Shown here piece by piece: positions 17,901-25,374 of a DNA stretch of 25,494 bases. The DNA lies in assembly GCA_044229145.1 (NCBI GenBank), contig JBGATO010000053.1, forward strand, positions 1-25,494. Reading direction: 5' to 3'. The notes beneath the pieces are model-generated. The model did no database searches. It was not told the DNA's origin and was given only the letters and a program-made list of their open reading frames with translations. The position numbers and the translations under genes were made by a program. This DNA is from Candidatus Eiseniibacteriota bacterium. Lineage in GTDB: Bacteria > Eisenbacteria > RBG-16-71-46 > CAZEPH01. Each line of letters opens with the position of its first letter. The stretch's first letter is position 1.

Positions 17901-18803
17901 CGTCGTCGCGTTTGCGACGTAGGCGTAGGTGGTGACGTGTGCGTACGCGTCGGCGACGCTGGCGATCCGTCCGTCGGATCCGTAGGTCAGCGTCCACGGC
18001 GTGTTGCCGCGGGGGCGTGTCATCGCGGTCAGCCGCGCGTCTGTCGTGGCGGGGTCGTAGGTGAACGAGGTCATGCCCCCGGCCGCATCGATGATCGCGC
18101 TCAAGCGATCTCCGGCATACTGTAATCCGACGTGCCGCGTCCCGTCCGAGACGTCCGCGATGTGCCCGCCGGTGTCGTAGCTAAATGTGAGCACGCGGCC
18201 GAGGCCGTCGGAGACCTGCGTCAGTGCGCCCGCCGTCGAGTAGGACAGCGTCAGCGAGGTGCCGTGCGCATCGCGAATCTCGACCAGCGGTCCGCTCGAT
18301 CCGGCGAACGCGTAGACACGGCGTTCTTCCGGCTCCGCCACTTCGAATCCCATCGACGTCTGGGTCAGACGGCACGCCCACATCGACGGCGCCACGTGCG
18401 TCCACACGGCGCCGTTCCGCGCGAATCGTGCAACGCGTCCCCACGGTCCGACGAACACCGCCGAATCCGTCGTGGCGTGGAACGCGCAGTCGTACGGCAT
18501 CAGCCAGTTCGTCCCGACGTGTCCGGCGATCTGGCCGTCGCTCGAAAGCAGCGACGCGTAATAGAGCGCGAAATCCACCGGGAGCGGGCCGCGCAGGTCG
18601 AGGAACGGCGGAAGACGCACGAACGCTTCACCGGTCGCCGTGTTCACGCTCTGCGCGGTGAGCCCGGCCTCCGGCAGATTGGACGAAGTCCGCGCCGTCG
18701 CCGCGAGCGCGGTCGGTGCGAGAGGCGTCGCGATCGCCGCGCACACCATCGTGAGCACGAGTGCCCGGCGGGCGACGGCGGGAACCGAGGGGATGCGTGG
18801 CAT
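14922..18803 (-). CDS. Sec-signal Rhs/YD-repeat protein with DUF6531-like N-terminal region and degenerate Rhs core, ~1293 aa
   Basis: GGAGA RBS before ATG 18803. Signal-like MPRIPSVPAVARRALVLTMVCAAIATPLAPTALA, SVNTATGE...PLPVDFALYYAS...VGTNW, many YDxxGR/TDPxG repeats, core-like YYHFDERGN...NPFTFEG...YDALTGRFL. Confidence 0.9.
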   Translation of the reverse strand: MPRIPSVPAVARRALVLTMVCAAIATPLAPTALAATARTSSNLPEAGLTAQSVNTATGEAFVRLPPFLDLRGPLPVDFALYYASLLSSDGQIAGHVGTNWLMPYDCAFHATTDSAVFVGPWGRVARFARNGAVWTHVAPSMWACRLTQTSMGFEVAEPEERRVYAFAGSSGPLVEIRDAHGTSLTLSYSTAGALTQVSDGLGRVLTFSYDTGGHIADVSDGTRHVGLQYAGDRLSAIIDAAGGMTSFTYDPATTDARLTAMTRPRGNTPWTLTYGSDGRIASVADAYAHVTTYAYVANATTVTDPAGFSRVYTHDTSGALLSVKDETGAMTTYSYDASGRRIAITDRLGHTLHATYDATAGDIASVTFADGATIALTYVNLPTAAGTTFTYLQDLTYPNGATAHATYDGAGNKTVWVGEGGGVWSWTYDGHGRATSATTPLGGTKYAAYNTDETLAGLFDATGIGRGYTYDALRRCTGGTWPTGTSIVSVYDERSLLRTFTDENGATTTYDYDANGLVTTVTTPLSHMRQYAYDAADRLISVTDPLGHVSTLQYDARGLVSARTDAGGHTYNYQYDAHGWLVGVSDPASASWSLARNAEGWVTHASDPLGGVRSWTYDTRGRAVTATSPTGAMSTRTYDAMSNLLRVTDPAGGTLARGMDLRGCTAGDTLGDGSVEQFARNAIGEVVALTDRNGQVWTRAFDASGRLETASDPLGHVWSNAYDVRGRIGVATMPVGSETFTWDEAVNQPTSIAFDGGLTLHYGYDADRRLVSADGWSGSYDAANRLTTCNGLGATRDANGRLTTLTVAPGQQITYGYDARGLLTSVQDWLGGLTTFAYDAAGSLTQIVRPNDESTSLARDAAGAETRRVDVGAPGDTLVDTALLRDGMGRVVHATRRGTLDPPRQDTTRVHTVDAASQITDAGWAYDAAGRVTHDAMRSYVWDRAGRMLSCTESGATTEWTYDALGRPLTAVSGATSDVFTWNDATDRPTLAARTRNGAVRYFVWTPDGRLLYSIDGASGARLYYHFDERGNTLALTNDAHTVVARYGYTPAGMMSESGASSGNPFTFEGEMGTMAMLGVQLYSRGGRPYDALTGRFLNRADVSLEAAVAASRATPRSYGGLVLDELLAGPPSVPGMLASMRTTTLRDRPVVLEPNPYVAPGQNFLADRGVAPIDAWPVPQTPAGSYFEGAVTLAIYAEHLPGQPSSLVISGVTLPPNAPPAGPDLRVGMANADPNTLNPYPEPQYDLSGGSDGGGTSIPRSNGDEPGTLNHPPPMRVITTPVPLPSSKVLVE

Positions 18804-18865
18804 GGCGGGTGTCTCCGCGGTCCGAGAGGTGTGCCGCGCGCTCCAGCTGCGCGAGTGCGACGCGG

Positions 18866-19369
18866 TCAGTGGACGATGACGAGCGAGCGGATCGCCGTGC
18901 GATTGCCGGCGCGTAGCCGCAATGCATACGAGCCGGCCGCGACGCCGGCGAGGCGTACGTCGGCGACATGCACTCCGGGTGCGACGTGGGCAAAGCGCGT
19001 CGTTCGGACCGTCCGGCCGCGCACGTCGTAGAGCGCAATCTCGACCGGTCCGGCGTCCGGCAGCGCGTAGCGAATCCGGCACACCTCGCGCACCGGCATC
19101 GCGCCCTCGATGCGCAACGCAAAGCGTTCGCCGCCGCCGGGATCGCCGACGGCGGTCACCGCCGCGGTGGCATCGACGAGCCAATTGTCGTTCGCGTCGT
19201 AGCCGAAGGATTGGTGCCACGCCTGCGCCGCATTCACGTACTGCGCGACGGCGAGCCGCCCACGCACATCGTAGGTATACGACTCGTCCCGCGTGGCTGC
19301 GGAGGCGGTAGCCGCCGCGACGAGGGCGGCGACGATGGAGATGATGGCGAGCGCGCGATTGGGGGGCAT
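18866..19369 (-). CDS. Small secreted protein: signal peptide + short YD repeat + FlgD-Ig/T9SS type A-like C-terminal sorting domain, 167 aa
   Basis: GGAG RBS before ATG 19369. MPPNRALAIISIVAALVAAATASA signal, YTYDVRGRL...FGYDANDNW, then IRYALPDAGPVEIALYDVRGRTVR...VAAGSYALRLRAG...RSLVIVH, typical of Por/FlgD-Ig CTDs. Confidence 0.8.
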   Translation of the reverse strand: MPPNRALAIISIVAALVAAATASAATRDESYTYDVRGRLAVAQYVNAAQAWHQSFGYDANDNWLVDATAAVTAVGDPGGGERFALRIEGAMPVREVCRIRYALPDAGPVEIALYDVRGRTVRTTRFAHVAPGVHVADVRLAGVAAGSYALRLRAGNRTAIRSLVIVH

Positions 19370-19421
19370 CGGGGCTCCAGGGCAGGGGTCGAGGGGCGCG
19401 AGTGGGTCACGGCACACCATA

Positions 19422-19451
19422 AGGATGAGGCGGTACCACAGTCGCTGTCAA
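19422..19451 (-). promoter_or_regulatory. Putative sigma70 promoter for the mini-YD/Rhs pair
   Basis: Perfect -35 TTGACA (19451-19446), 18 bp spacer, CATCCT as a weak -10, ~50 bp upstream of ATG 19369. Confidence 0.45.
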
Positions 19452-19535
19452 TCCGGCGATGCCCAGGGGCGTCCGCGGCCCTCGGCCGGCACGGCGCGTC
19501 ATCTCCGTCGCGGCCGCCCGTCGCCACAACAATTG

Positions 19536-20912
19536 CTACTTCCGCTTCGTCGCCGGAATGTTCTGACCGTTCTGGTGCAGCGTGAGCGCGACGATGCGAC
19601 CGTCGGCGTCGTGCTCGAACGAGAGCCGCGCATCCACGACGGTGTAGAAGAACGTCGAGTCGGAGTCGGCGTAGACCGGGAAGCGCGGCTGGCGGCTCGC
19701 TTGTGCGTAGAGTTGCGAACCCTCGCGTGTCAGTGTGAGGACGAAGGTCGGCACGACGGCGTATTCGCCGACGAAGCGGTCGAGCGTCGCCACCGGCAGC
19801 GCGACCACCGGCCGCACCACACGCGGCGCCGGATGCGCGAGCGGCAAGCGCGTGTCGAGCACGTGCAGCGCGAGATCGTTGAAGTCGGCGGCCTGATTCG
19901 CGAGCAACACGACGCCGCGGCCGCTTCCCGGATCGAACGCCATGAACGCGCGGAAGCCGCCGGTGCCGCCGTCGTGGAAGTAGATGTCGCCATCGGGGCG
20001 ATGCTGGACGAGCCAGCCGAGTGCCTGCTCGACCGAGTCACGACCGGTGGCGGCGCGGATCTCGTGCGTCATGCCGATCGCGGGCCCGAGCACGCCGTGT
20101 GCGCGCGGCAGTTGCGCGGCGAGGAAGGTGAGCATGTCGGCGGCGGTCGAGCGCAACGCGCCGGCGCCGGCGAGCGCCGGGAGATCCCACCACGCGGTCG
20201 GCATACCGGCGGCATCGTGCGGCGTGGCGCGGCGCGCGTCGGGCGGAACCCGCACCGACGTCTCGCGCATGTCGAGCGGTTTCAACACGCGCTCGGTGAC
20301 CAGAGACTCGTAGTCGCGGCCGGCGCGGCGGGTCAGCGCCTGGCCGAGCAGCCCGGCGCCGAGATTCGAGTAGTCCCACTTCTCGCCCGGCGCGCGCGGC
20401 GGCGTCCAGTCGCGCAGGAAGGCGAAGAGCTGCGCCGTCGTGTAGTCGGCATACGGGTTCGCACCGTTCTCCGAGGTGAAGTTCGCCGGCATGCGCGGCA
20501 GGCCGGAGGTGTGTGTCGCGAGCGACAGGAGCGTGACCGGCTTGCCATCCTTCGACGCGACGCGTACCGAGTCGGGCAGGAAGCGCGCGAGCGAATCGCC
20601 GAGCGCGACCTCGCCGCGCGTCACCATGTCGGCGAGCAGCGTCGCGGTGAACACCTTCGTCATCGAGCCGATCTCGAACACGGTGTGCGCGTCCGGGGCG
20701 CCGGGCAGCGAGTCGTTCGCCGTGCCAACGCTCACGTATCGCCGTTCGCCGCGATCGAGCAATCCGATGACGATGCCGTGCGCGTGGTGGCCATCTACCC
20801 GTGCTTGCGCCCAGGCGCGGATCGAATCGTCGGGAGGAAACGGCGGCATGACGGCGTGCGCGACCGACGCCGCGCAACACAGCGCGACGCACACGGCGAG
20901 CGCGAGTCTCAT
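19536..20912 (-). CDS. Secreted serine hydrolase, beta-lactamase/AmpH-like family with C-terminal DUF3471-like domain, ~458 aa
   Basis: Signal MRLALAVCVALCCAASVAHA, FEIGSMTK (SxxK), LATHTSGLP, WDYSN (YxN), FHDGGTGG, C-terminal LDRFVGEY...LTLHQNG. Start overlaps the upstream stop (ATGA). Confidence 0.88.
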   Translation of the reverse strand: MRLALAVCVALCCAASVAHAVMPPFPPDDSIRAWAQARVDGHHAHGIVIGLLDRGERRYVSVGTANDSLPGAPDAHTVFEIGSMTKVFTATLLADMVTRGEVALGDSLARFLPDSVRVASKDGKPVTLLSLATHTSGLPRMPANFTSENGANPYADYTTAQLFAFLRDWTPPRAPGEKWDYSNLGAGLLGQALTRRAGRDYESLVTERVLKPLDMRETSVRVPPDARRATPHDAAGMPTAWWDLPALAGAGALRSTAADMLTFLAAQLPRAHGVLGPAIGMTHEIRAATGRDSVEQALGWLVQHRPDGDIYFHDGGTGGFRAFMAFDPGSGRGVVLLANQAADFNDLALHVLDTRLPLAHPAPRVVRPVVALPVATLDRFVGEYAVVPTFVLTLTREGSQLYAQASRQPRFPVYADSDSTFFYTVVDARLSFEHDADGRIVALTLHQNGQNIPATKRK

Positions 20913-21697
20913 TGCATCATCTCCGGCGGATCGACGTAGCGGCGCGGGTCCTGGCCGTAGAACTCGCACATCAGGTCGTACATGCGCGGATGCGCGGCGG
21001 CCACGCGATACGGCGCCTCGAAGAACGTCTCGGTGGCGACGGCGAAGAATTCGGCGGCGTTGGTCGTCGCGTATTCGTCGAGCGCGGTCGGCCGTCCCAT
21101 CAGCGTATCGACGCGCAATCGCTTGAACTCTTCGTCGAACGTGCGTGCCCATTCGCGGTAGTGATGCGGATTCTGCAACTCGGGCATGCCGTCGGCGGCG
21201 CCGCTCTCGAAATCGAGTTGGTGCGCGAACTCGTGGAACGCGACGTTGCGCCCCGGACTCATGCCGCGAATCGCGGCGACGATCGCGTTCCACGCCAGCA
21301 CGACGGCGCCGCGCGGGGTCGCCTCGCCGATGCGCTCCATGTAGCGCTCCTGCACCGCGCCGCCGCCGAGCGACTCGGTGACCGGCGCCGCGTAGCCGCT
21401 CGGATAGACGAGGATGCTGTGCAGGTCGGGATACACCTCGCCACGCCGCCGCAAGAGCAGCAAGCACGCGTGCGCGGCGATGACGACCTTCATCTCCTCG
21501 GTGATCTCGAGCCCGTCGCAACCTTCGAAGTTCTTCTCGTCGACGAAGATCTTGATGGCGTCCTCGAGCCGCGCGCGGTCTTCGGCGGTGGCGCGCGCGT
21601 AGAAACGGCAGGTGCGGGACAACAGGTGGGACCAGTTCGCGGGAAACGGCGTCGCCCGCAGTCGTGCGTGACGGCGGCGGCGCAGGAAGCCGAGCAT
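20909..21697 (-). CDS. mtfA: MtfA-like zinc-dependent peptidase (M90 family), ~262 aa
   Basis: FVDEKNFEGCDGLEITEEMKVVIAAHACL, ILVYPSGY, NVAFHEFAHQLD, YATTNAAEFFAVATETFFE. GAGG upstream of ATG 21697. Confidence 0.9.
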   Translation of the reverse strand: MLGFLRRRRHARLRATPFPANWSHLLSRTCRFYARATAEDRARLEDAIKIFVDEKNFEGCDGLEITEEMKVVIAAHACLLLLRRRGEVYPDLHSILVYPSGYAAPVTESLGGGAVQERYMERIGEATPRGAVVLAWNAIVAAIRGMSPGRNVAFHEFAHQLDFESGAADGMPELQNPHHYREWARTFDEEFKRLRVDTLMGRPTALDEYATTNAAEFFAVATETFFEAPYRVAAAHPRMYDLMCEFYGQDPRRYVDPPEMMQ

Positions 21698-21854
21698 CGT
21701 GGCGAGACCTCGTGGTGGCGGCCGGACTTCGCCCTCCGTGGCGTCCGCGCCGCTGATAGAATTGCCCGGAGTACTGATGCGCCGCTGGCGGCCCGCGATG
21801 CGGGCAACGGCACGTCCGTGCCCTGCGATTGTGCCACATTCGGGCGATTTCGCC

Positions 21855-21880
21855 GCGACTTTTCGCCACCCAGGAGCGTC
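21855..21880 (+). promoter_or_regulatory. Possible ECF-type autoregulatory promoter
   Basis: GCGACT-N16-CGTC immediately upstream of the ECF gene resembles GAACT/CGTC ECF promoters. A separate extended -10, TGATAGAAT, lies at 21754-21762. Confidence 0.3.
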
Positions 21881-21892
21881 TCCGCTTTCGTG

Positions 21893-22522
21893 ATGTCCGA
21901 GTTCACGCCCCACCACACCGCCGTCGAGGAAGAGCCCTGGCAGCGCTTCGTGCGCCTGCTCGGGCCGTTCCACGACGCGGCGGCGGCCACCGCGCGGCGG
22001 CTCGAACGCTCCGTATCCGACGGCGACGATCTCTTCCACGAAGCCATCCTGCGGGCGTTCGAGAAGCTGCCGCTGTTGCGCGACGAAGCATCGTTTCGCA
22101 GCTGGTTCTACGCGGTGATGCTGAGCGTGCACCGCACGCGGGCGCGCAAGCAGTTCTGGAAGCGCTTCCGATCGCTGGACCGAGAAGACGGCTGGGAGGC
22201 CGCGGGCACTCCGGTGCCTGGTGTCGACCACGCCGCGGCGCGGCGCGCCGCCACGGCCCTGGCCACCCTGCCCGCCGTGCAGCGCGAGGCGATCGTGCTC
22301 TTCGACATCGAGGGCTTCACTCTGCAGGAGGTGGCGGACATCCAAGGCGCCTCACTGTCGGCGGTGAAGACGCGGCTGGCGCGCGGCCGCGAGAAGGTGC
22401 GCGCGTGGTACGTCGTGCGAGGGTGGGCGCCTGCGAGCGCCGCGCCATCGCGCGACGCAACGGCCGGCGAGCGGCTGCCCGCCGGCGATTCCTCACCCCT
22501 GACGGAAGGGAGCGCGTCATGA
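21893..22522 (+). CDS. ECF (sigma-24-type) RNA polymerase sigma factor, ~209 aa
   Basis: Region 2 DGDDLFHEAILRAF...FRSWFYAV and region 4 LPAVQREAIVLFDIEGFTLQEVADIQGASLSAVKTRLARGR. Confidence 0.92.
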   Translation: MSEFTPHHTAVEEEPWQRFVRLLGPFHDAAAATARRLERSVSDGDDLFHEAILRAFEKLPLLRDEASFRSWFYAVMLSVHRTRARKQFWKRFRSLDREDGWEAAGTPVPGVDHAAARRAATALATLPAVQREAIVLFDIEGFTLQEVADIQGASLSAVKTRLARGREKVRAWYVVRGWAPASAAPSRDATAGERLPAGDSSPLTEGSAS

Positions 22523-23486
22523 CGCACCCGACTCCCCCTCGCCCGCAGGGCGAAACCGATCACCCGGATCAGGCCGTGGATCGCCGCATCGCCTCGGATC
22601 GCGAGGCCTTGCGCGCGACGACAGTTCGGACCCTGCCGACGATCGCTGACACCGCACGCCGCGTGCAGACGCGGCGCGCCCTTTCACCATCGGAGGCTCG
22701 TCTCATGTCGTCCACTCGTTCGTTCTTCGCCCGGCCGTGGATGCCGGCGGCCGCCGCGGCGGCCGTGGTGCTCGCCGCGCTCGCGGTGATTCCGGTCGAC
22801 TACTCGCGCACCGTCGGCTACGACGTGCAGCTCACGCTCTCGCAGACCGCTGTGCCGCAGTCCACCGTCGGCCAGGTCGGCGCGGAACTGATGAAGCGTC
22901 TCTGCACGCGAGCAACCTCAACACGAACGTCGGCGCGCACGCGGTGCTGGTGGCGAGCGTCCCGTCGAAGGCACGCGCCGAGGTCACTGCCGCGGCGATG
23001 GCGTTCGCCCGCGAGTTGAGCGCGCAGGGCGTCGCCGCCACCGCGCGCGTGACGCCGCGCGTCGAGCACTTCAGCGGCAATGCCTACGCGGCGATGGCGA
23101 ACATGGTGCTCGACCTCAATGTCAACGCCACCGGCAAGAGCGACGCCGACATCGCCGCCGACATTCGCCAGCAGTTGTCGACCGCCGGCTTCACGCAGAG
23201 CGACGTGCAGGTCACCACCACGGGCGGCCAGCGCCAGGTCGTCATGCACGTGCAGGGCGATGGCTCGACCACGCTGCCGAGCGACGTCAACGTGAAGATT
23301 CAGGACGACGCCAAGCCGTCTGGCGGCACGCAGCACGAGGCGAAGGTGCAACTCCACCCGGGCGATCTCGATGGCATGAGCGACAGCGACATCGAGAAGA
23401 AGCTCGAGGACCAGCTGCGCGCGCAGGGCGTCGATGCCGACATCGTGGTGCAGAACGGCAAGGTGGTGTCGGTGACGCGCAAGTAG
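22519..23486 (+). pseudogene. Putative single-TM anti-sigma factor, interrupted by a frameshift near 22895-22905
   Basis: ATGA overlap with the sigma stop. The first frame gives a cytoplasmic N-terminus, TM segment (AAAAAVVLAALAVIPV) and ...ELMKR. Plausible protein continues in the -1 frame (LHASNLNTNVG...VVSVTRK*). Span is 968 nt, not a multiple of 3. Confidence 0.7.
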
Positions 23487-23501
23487 GCGACACCGCCGCA
23501 G

Positions 23502-23544
23502 CGCAACGGGGAGGGATGCCGCGCGGCGTCCCTCCCCTGTTGCG
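23502..23544. terminator. Strong hairpin between convergent genes (likely bidirectional terminator)
   Basis: CGCAAC-GGGGAGGGATGCC / GCGC loop / GGCGTCCCTCCCC-T-GTTGCG. Confidence 0.7.
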
Positions 23545-23562
23545 TGGCCGCCGGCCGAGCGT

Positions 23563-24072
23563 CTACGCGGCGAACTCGACGACGTTTTCCTGAGCCACCG
23601 GCAGGAAGAGATACCATCCCAGGCACATGAGCATTTCCCGCAATGGGTGTCCGTGCAGTCCGCTGCCCTGTGTGATGAAGACGCGCGCCGCGTGCCCCTC
23701 GACGCGCAAGCTGTAGGTCAGCAGCGCGCGATCCGGCGCGCAGATGTCACTGAACACCAATTCGGCAAGCGGGTTGTTGCGCCAGCCCACGCGGACCGCC
23801 GCGCCACCGTCGCCCGCGATCGTCCAAGTGTGGGAGAAGCCGCGAGCCGGTGCGATGTCCGCGAGCACGCCGCCGTGCGGCGAGCGCACGACCACGCGGT
23901 TCTTCCACGTCCCTTCGCGGTCGATCAGAAAAGGTCCGGCTGGGGCATCGCAGGCGGCGCGGCCGGGTGCCGTCCGGTAGTCGACGGTGAGTTCGGCCAC
24001 TTCGCGTGTCTCGTCGAGCAGGACGTAGCGCACAAGTGGGTGCTCGGTCGTGCGAATCCATTCCATCGTCAT
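23563..24072 (-). CDS. Hypothetical protein, 169 aa (beta-rich with C-terminal hydrophobic helix)
   Basis: GGAGG RBS before ATG 24072, protein-like composition, fills the gap between neighbouring genes. Confidence 0.75.
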   Translation of the reverse strand: MTMEWIRTTEHPLVRYVLLDETREVAELTVDYRTAPGRAACDAPAGPFLIDREGTWKNRVVVRSPHGGVLADIAPARGFSHTWTIAGDGGAAVRVGWRNNPLAELVFSDICAPDRALLTYSLRVEGHAARVFITQGSGLHGHPLREMLMCLGWYLFLPVAQENVVEFAA

Positions 24073-24146
24073 TGCCTCCTTGTGGTCTCAGGAGAACTCT
24101 ACGCCGCGCGCCATGACGCCGGGAGCGCGGCGCGGTGACGATGTTG

Positions 24147-25274
24147 TTACTCCAACACGGTCGACAACGGGACGAGGCTGACGCCCTGCGTCGCCAGCGA
24201 ATCGGTGGCGGCGAGCGTCGCGTGATAGCTGAGGCTATCGCCACGCACCGCGATGATCGCCGTGTGCGAGGCGGGCAGGATGTCGCGAACCACGTGCGCG
24301 AGCGGCTCCTGCACGCCGTGCCGCGCGCTGTAGCGGCCGTCGAGGACATTGCACACGGTGACCACGGTGGCCGCGAGCTGCCGTCCGACGCGCCGGCATA
24401 CCGAATCCGTCGTCGTCGGCACTTCGAGGAAGTAGAGGCGGCGCTGCTGCAACGCGGCGAGCACCGCGGTGGTCGTCCTCTCGTCCTGCAACGCGAGCGA
24501 GCCATCGAGGTTCACGACGCCGGTCGCGCCGGGCACCGCCTCGAGCGCGTCCTCCACGGCGCGGTCGATGTCGTGCGCCGACATGTCGACGCGGATGTCG
24601 CCCGGCTGCGGCGCGCCGAGCTTCGACTCCATCGGGAGATCGAGCAGCACTTCGACACCGCGCGCGGCGAGGTGGCGCGCCAGCGTGTCGGCGCCCGGCG
24701 TGCGCGGCGATACCGCCACCGCGAGCTCGGTGTGCGCCGCGAGCAGCGGCTCGAGTTGCCGCACCGTGGCGGCCGTCGCGTCGAGGAAGACGAGCGCCAG
24801 GCGCTGCGTCGGGGCGCCGATGACCGGCGAATTGCGGCTCACCAGCGTGATCTGCGCCAGCGGATCGCGCGGCGACCCGAGCGTCATGCGCACCGCGGCC
24901 GCACCGTCGACGGGCAGTTCGATCGCGTCCCAGACCGTTCCGCCCAGCGCGCTGAGGACCTGCGTGATCGCGAGGTTGGCTTCGGCGAGCGGCAGCCGCG
25001 GCGGCAACCTCACCACCCACGCGGAGTCGACGCCGCGCGGTGGTGCCTCCGCGGTCACGCGGTCGGGTGACACGTCGAGGCGCGCCAGGCCGCGGCGCAC
25101 CGTCGCCGCGAGTTCGCGCGTCGCGATGCCACGCGCGTCGGTGACGCGCGTCGCCATCAGGAAGCGGCCGCGCGCGCTCCGCGTGAGCGACACGTACACG
25201 CCGCCCGCGGCGAGCACGAGCACGAGAAGCGCGAGAGTCCAGCGCCCAGCGGCGCTGCGCAGGAAGTTCAGCAT
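24147..25274 (-). CDS. Divergent polysaccharide deacetylase family (YibQ-like) protein with N-terminal membrane anchor, 375 aa
   Basis: N-terminal TM, then LAVAVSP, GVEVLLDLPME, ALEAVPGATGVVNLDGS, LYFLE, GVSLVPLS, all matching the YibQ pattern. Confidence 0.8.
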   Translation of the reverse strand: MLNFLRSAAGRWTLALLVLVLAAGGVYVSLTRSARGRFLMATRVTDARGIATRELAATVRRGLARLDVSPDRVTAEAPPRGVDSAWVVRLPPRLPLAEANLAITQVLSALGGTVWDAIELPVDGAAAVRMTLGSPRDPLAQITLVSRNSPVIGAPTQRLALVFLDATAATVRQLEPLLAAHTELAVAVSPRTPGADTLARHLAARGVEVLLDLPMESKLGAPQPGDIRVDMSAHDIDRAVEDALEAVPGATGVVNLDGSLALQDERTTTAVLAALQQRRLYFLEVPTTTDSVCRRVGRQLAATVVTVCNVLDGRYSARHGVQEPLAHVVRDILPASHTAIIAVRGDSLSYHATLAATDSLATQGVSLVPLSTVLE

Positions 25275-25282
25275 CGACAGGC

Positions 25283-25311
25283 ACGCTAGGCGGCGTGCCC
25301 GCGAGCGTCAA
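25283..25311 (-). promoter_or_regulatory. sigma70 promoter for the deacetylase-like gene (near-leaderless)
   Basis: TTGACG-N17-TAGCGT ends 8 nt before ATG 25274. No Shine-Dalgarno sequence present. Confidence 0.6.
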
Positions 25312-25374
25312 GAACCGCGCCGCGCTCCGCCATGCGGAATACTGCGCCGTGATCGCGCCGGAGGGCGTAGCCGC

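Noticed and set aside
15700..18300. Recurrent GTCGTA / GGATCGGT nucleotide motifs
   Set aside because: Explained by YD/TDP protein repeats of the Rhs gene, not a DNA repeat array.
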